A stretch of 64,000 nt of DNA from contig OZ024742.1 of the NCBI GenBank assembly GCA_964016885.1, positions 136,276,001 to 136,340,000 of the forward strand, in the 5' to 3' direction. Source of the stretch: Eledone cirrhosa (taxonomy: Eukaryota). Position 1 is the first letter of the stretch. Each line of letters begins with the position of its first letter. Made by a program: the position numbers and the translations under genes. Shown piece by piece: positions 58,061 to 64,000 of the stretch. Under the pieces are notes generated by a model. That model made no database searches, had not been told where the DNA came from, and worked only from the letters and a program-made list of their open reading frames with translations.

Positions 58061-60519
58061 TTTACACAATCTAAATCACTTTCTCATATACCAGTAGCTT
58101 CTAATTACCTACACTTACATACACAAATACAAGATAGTTTGTCTAAGAAATACTTATCAGTAAAATCATTATTATCATCATTTTCTGCTACAAATTCCCT
58201 TGGGAAAGGCATAAAAACGTTTTAAATATTGATGTTTTCACTCCATCATATATTTGTGGCGACTTACCAAATATAAATATAAAGCTGAAATATGTTAATG
58301 AGAAATAAATATGGAAGCTGTTGGTGATTATGTTGATGGCTTAATTATCTTATGTTAATGTTTATTTGAATTTTACATGGATGAAAGGCATGGACATCAC
58401 ATCTCTCCAATTTCTTCTCCCCTTAAATCAAGATGTCTAATCACCAATTGATGATATTTAAAAAAAACAATGACAGACCCTCTGCCTCATAATAAACCAA
58501 CTAGAAATAGCAGCCATATCTCTTAGAAATGACTTTCTATCACCTAAAATATTTTGATACCAACCCAATCAAAACTGCCTTGGTTTTATAAAACAAAACC
58601 ACATATATTTAAATAAATAGTATATCTTTAATATGGAAGGCTCGTGGCTTAGTGTTTAGGGAATTGAATTTGCAATTGTGATGTGAGGTCAATTTCCAGA
58701 CAGAACTATGCATTATGTCTTTAAGCAAGACACTTTATTTCATGGTAATCTTAGCCAGGAGTTGCAACCAGTAGATAGGATCAGCCAGGAGGACATTGTT
58801 TCCTTGGTTTGATATGATGAGTTTCACCCCATGCGGTAAGGCCTGGGATCTTGCTGATCAACAAAGAAAGAAGAATGTAAACATAATTTTACATGAGAAT
58901 CTTTTAAGTTATTTAACAAATACAATGAAATCATTGATGATTTTATTGAATCTTTCCAAATTCTTCATTAATTAATTCAAATATAAAGTATTTAATTAGA
59001 AATAAAATAAAAAAATGATTACAAATGGAAATTTACATCAATTAGTGTAGTCTAAGCTAAATTCAACATCAAAAACTAAGATGGAATGATCATGGCTAAC
59101 TTAGGGCAGGTCGGGCTTCTGCCTTGCTGCTGGTACCATGTAAATTAATCACTTCTTATTTACATAACCCATGCTAGCATGGAACATAGATGTTAAACGA
59201 TTTTGATGATCATCATCATCATGAAAATAGGATCTGTGGATTCATTTCAAACACATGCTGTTGCCCATTTATTTCTCGTTTAGGGGTTTATTAATATTAA
59301 ACTATTTTCTATGGTAAAAAATATGGTGAAAGTAACTAATTCAATATTTGTTTATGTGTCAGTGTTTACGTTTGGTGCTTGATTTGTCCCATAATTTCGT
59401 GATTTAACAAAAAATATATTAATACAATATACTGGAATTGATGTAATTGACTAATTCCTTTAAGGCATAGCCGTAGACTAATGAAAGAAACCAGTAAAAG
59501 AATAACAGATAAAAGAATAAATAAAGTTTGTCACATTTACATATATATAAATGAATGTGGTGAATGCACTCAAACAAAAAATTAAGTAAAATTTGCAACA
59601 ATATCAAAGCATTCTATATTTTATATCAGGAAAAAAAAAAAGCAAACAAAAACTGAGACAAAACAAAGGAACTATAAAACTATAACTATAGTTAAAATAT
59701 GAAATTGCGTCACAGCCATTATTCCCTAAATATGTGTCAATAAATTTAGAATATGTTCAACTCTATATCTTCCAATCCATTTCAAGGCCTTCCCACTCCT
59801 GTTGGAGGAACCCCTCTCTGGTTGACCTCCACTGCTGTTGGTTTTGTTTATATTTTCATGAGTGTAGCCACACTCACCATGCTTGGCCAATTACAGGTTG
59901 GTGCATCTATTTAACCTATAATTGGGGTGAGTGGCTATTGACTCTGAAAAGATCATCTACCCTTTTAACAGCTCTTCTATTTTTGTGCTGCTTGGGTCCC
60001 ACTTACACTCTTTACCTGACCAGGATCTGGTGTGTGTGTGTGGGGGGGGGGGGCTGGTTTAGTCGCTGACCACTCGACCGTAAAGCAGGTTGTATTGGGT
60101 TACATGGAACCAGTAGCAGGCAGAAGCCTGACCTGAACTTAATGTACTAAGTAATGCATATATTATGTAATATAAAACCACAGATTTTAGTGTATAACAT
60201 TTGGTATAATTAAACATTTTGGTATAATTAAAGATATACAATACATATGTATTATATTTATAAATGTTATAGAATAAAAATTCATGTTTAGTGAAAATAT
60301 CTCTAATTACACCAAAATGTCCTTCAAATGTCATAAAACATCTATTCTAATTCTCAATCGAATTGCCACTTTTTGAAGATTTAAATAGAATTATTCATAT
60401 TTTCTAATACCATGTATCAAGTTACCAGTAATGAAACATTTCTTTAGTATTAGGCACTCAGCTAGAGATGAATGCAAATGTTACACATATACATGTATAC
60501 ACATATACATGTAACCAAA

Positions 60520-60930
60520 ACAATCTAGAAGAATTGAAAAACAGCTTCATACTTTCCAATAAAGATGCTTGCAAAAGATCCTGGGCATTAGATGGCAAGA
60601 CAAGATCACAGACAAAGATGTGCTTCGAAGAGTTAATAACACATGCCCGAGACTCGTCATCAAGAGCAGAAGAATGCAGATGGCAGGACATGTCCTACAA
60701 ATGGGGGACAATATACCAGCAAGAACTGCAATGTCATAGTTACTAACTGGTGGGAAAAGACTAAAGAGTTGGACCAAATAAGATTTAGAGATCCACTCTA
60801 CAAGATGATCTGCATAGGTGTGGCACAAACTGGTTTCAAGCACCAACCCTTGCCAGGTACAGAGCTAGATGGAAGAGCAGAGTGGCCCATTGCTGTGAAG
60901 CTGGAGGAACCAGATCACTAGAGAGAGTTA
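60520..60930 (+). mobile_element. Degenerate RTE-clade LINE 3' fragment (another family)
   Basis: RCLQKILGIRWQDKITDKDVLRRVN...SRRMQMAGHVLQMGDNIPARTAM. Confidence 0.75.
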
Positions 60931-61199
60931 GTAAGCCATGACAAACTAGGGGACATATATAATACCCTTGCAGCTGAGAAACAATAACAGGAGGATCCAC
61001 AAAGAGAGATGAGAAAAATGTAAGAGAAAACCAATGGGAGGCAAAAAAAGCATAAATAAGATAACAGAAAAGAAACAAATAAGGGCAGCTGTAAAGCAGC
61101 TAAATGTTTCTGTTTTTGAATTGTTTTGTAGCTTCCATGTACTGAAAAATCTGGTTTATAGTAAGTAGGTATTTGACAGCATATTTTACCTCCAATCAT

Positions 61200-62700
61200 G
61201 GAAGTTTGTAATAATCATCTTCAAGATGTCCCCTCTCTCACCCGGACTGGTAGATTCTGTATTAAAATGAATAGTGCCAAACAGTTTCTGCGAAGTCTCC
61301 ACAAGAACAGAGTAGTGATCCCCTGTAATAAAATATAGTTCAATGGTATATGGGCCATTCAAACACAGAATAGTCTTTGTTTATTAGTATTTCTGAGTCA
61401 GCTATGTTTTAGATATTGACAGATCTAGTTGAGATATTGGAGGATTGAAATTTGAGATATTATCTCTAGATTTTCCCCAATGTTTTTTCCACCCTTGACT
61501 AATTATATTTTTGCTAAATGATTTGACTTTGGAATGTAATCTATATATACTATTTCCTTTTACACTCCCTCCGTTGCTAATTCATCTCCTTTTTGTGAAC
61601 GTAACAGTCCTTAGTTCAATAAACTATTAGCAAATAGGAAACCTTTTTCCCATGGCATTTCTTTAGCTGAATCTATGGATAATATATTTTCCCATTACTC
61701 TGCCTCAAATATTATGACATTTATGAAATCCTGATGTAATATGAAGCTTGTGTCTCTTATTATTTCCAAAAGACCCAGATTGTCTGGATGTGCCCCATTT
61801 GTATAACTGACCCATTTTAAAAAAACAGAATGACTGTGATATTGTCATGGTGTTAATTTGCTTCTTCTTTTGAGTTTTTTAATCACAATTTTAATTGTTC
61901 TGCCCATGGAGGTTGCCAAATATGTTGTTTTTATTTCCCCTTTTCAAATGAGTGAATACTTAGGAGGTTTATGGATTTTGTTGGCCATTATGTATATTTC
62001 TTCATATTCACAATTTACAAGTTCAAGATTATGAATTGAATCAAATTGTTTAGAGAGATGAAATTGTTGACTATTTTTGTTTGCCCATATAGTTGCATTC
62101 GATAGGACTGTGCATAATTTGGTTTTGTTATTATTGATGATTCTAGAGGTATATAAGTTTATATCTGTCAAACCTAGCATTTCCACAATTTTATCTACAG
62201 CTGTAAACAAATCTGTTGTGTACATTAGAAAGAATGGGTGAGATAGGAGAACTCTGTGTGAAACACTTTTTAAAGTAAATAATTTCACTTTATTTGTTTC
62301 AATTGTACTATAATTAGTGAAAAAGCAGAGATAGTTGAGTTTCATGAAATAATCTTTTAACTAGAATGTCATGAACTAAATTATATTAAGCCCCCTTTAT
62401 ATGTATTGAAATCAGTCGTTTCAATAATGTTGCTGTTCTGATGAATGTGGTTATTTCATGTATGCAATTCTCACTCGAAATCCAAACTAAGACTTGGGGG
62501 AAAAACTTGTTTGTTTCTCTTAAGTAAGATAATCTTTCACCAAATATTTTTTCTAGCATTTTAGATAGATTGCTTAGGAGAGATATTGGAGGATATGATC
62601 TGCTAGAGTGGTAGTTTTCTTTATTTGGTTTTGGTATTGCTAACATATGTGTAAATTTTCATATATCTCAATATTGCTAAAATTTAAGTTTAGCACTGTT
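61200..62700 (-). mobile_element. Highly degenerate LINE reverse transcriptase (Jockey/I-group-like)
   Basis: IPKPNK....SYPPISLLSNLSKMLEK is an early RT motif. VSHRVLLSHPFFLMYTTDL is a decayed GVPQGSVLSP..F..Y..D. The lower boundary is approximate. Confidence 0.7.
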
Positions 62701-63017
62701 TCATGTTTAATTTCTGATCATCCTACATTTTCGGTGGGATTTAATGATTTCCTTTAACCCTTTTGCTAGAAAGCCATTTGTTTTAAAGGATTTATATTTT
62801 TATATTTAATTTAAATCTTCCATGATAATTTTAATAAAGAAACTTTATGTTCCTAAGATCAGCTTAAAAATGAAAAAATTATTTTAGAATACCTTTCAAA
62901 ATTGCTTGAAAAACAGAGTGTATTTTGTTAGAAATATGATAAGGAAAGGATTAAATCAGTATGACCATGTTTAGTATTTTCAAAATGTTTCCTGTCCAAG
63001 CATGTTGACAGAATTAT

Positions 63018-63665
63018 CAGCATCATCACTGTTTAACGTTCATTTTCCATGGTAGCATGAGTTGTCCTCTTATGAGATAAGCCAGGTTAGATGACCACGT
63101 CTTGCTCATTCAGAACTGATATCCACTTGGATTCTATGGCTGGATGCAGGCTGTATCTGATCCCTATTATGCCTAGTTTCTCTCTTCAGCTGATTTATGC
63201 TTTGCTGTTCACGTATATTAGTATTACACATCCATTGAAGTCTGCAAGCTTCATTTCTTCACAGGTCTTCTGCACACAATGCCCAGGTCATACAGTCTGC
63301 CCTTCATTTTGTGGGAGCAGCCTTTTGAAGCTAGCAGCAGCAGTATCTTCCTGAACTTCTTCCATTCCATTCTCACTTTGGCTACTGTACTCTCAGAACA
63401 CCCACCTCCACTGCTAATTTGGTCACCCAGATAGCAGAAGTCGTCTACTGCTTCTACAGAGCCTTCCAAGAATTAGATAGCACTTGTTTCCTGTGATCAT
63501 TTGCTGCTTACTGCTCCCATGCAATGACCACCTGTAAAACCAACGTTCTTGGCTAGACTACCTGAGATTTCACTGCATCTCTTGTGTACCCATTGTTTGC
63601 ATTTGGGACAGAGGATGGAATTTCTACTCACACCTTTCCTAAAAACTGAGCAAGAATGCTTCCTA
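63018..63665 (-). mobile_element. Older RTE LINE (PHD family) copy with internal deletions
   Basis: CSVFRKGVSRNSILCPKCKQWVHKRCS and FCYLGDQISSGGGCSEST; 3' tail at about 63018-63060. Confidence 0.85.
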
Positions 63666-64000
63666 TAATTAAATATTAATACATTGGTAAATACTGTTTT
63701 ATTTCTGGAAGACCAAGCATATGCCAAATTATATTAACTGTAATTTCACTTTAGTTGATAGATTCTATCTTTCATGCTTAGTGTTGTTATAATTTTTTTT
63801 GTTGGCATAGCAAACACCACAACACTTCTTCACCAACAATTGTTATTTTATATGATAGTGGCAGATGCTCTTTGCTATAGTATTTATAGAAAGAAACAAC
63901 TATTAGTTACTTGTTAATTTGCAACAGTATAATTGGGAATCTATCAACAGGTAATAATATAATATATGTAGTTTCCAGAATTAGTGAAACAAGTTTTGGT

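Overview
This is AT-rich, microsatellite-saturated eukaryotic non-coding DNA, probably intronic or intergenic. The repeat repertoire suggests a mollusc, plausibly a cephalopod such as Octopus (inference, not checked). I find no intact host gene, and most listed ORFs are (TA)n/(CA)n artefacts. The window is dominated by retroelement remnants, many bounded by (TA)n: RTE-clade LINEs (one family with a PHD-like finger inside the RT region), two tRNA-like SINE families, an R4/Dong-like LINE, a mariner relic and several Penelope-like elements (PLEs). Manual folding reveals at least five unrelated sequence families of type I hammerhead ribozyme motifs. The most striking is a 3.5-copy, apparently identical 591-bp tandem array (34774-36842) with one hammerhead per unit and a compensatory U3-A8 core, a retrozyme/circular-RNA-like architecture. 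All structures were derived by eye; no database searches or folding programs were run, and element boundaries are approximate.
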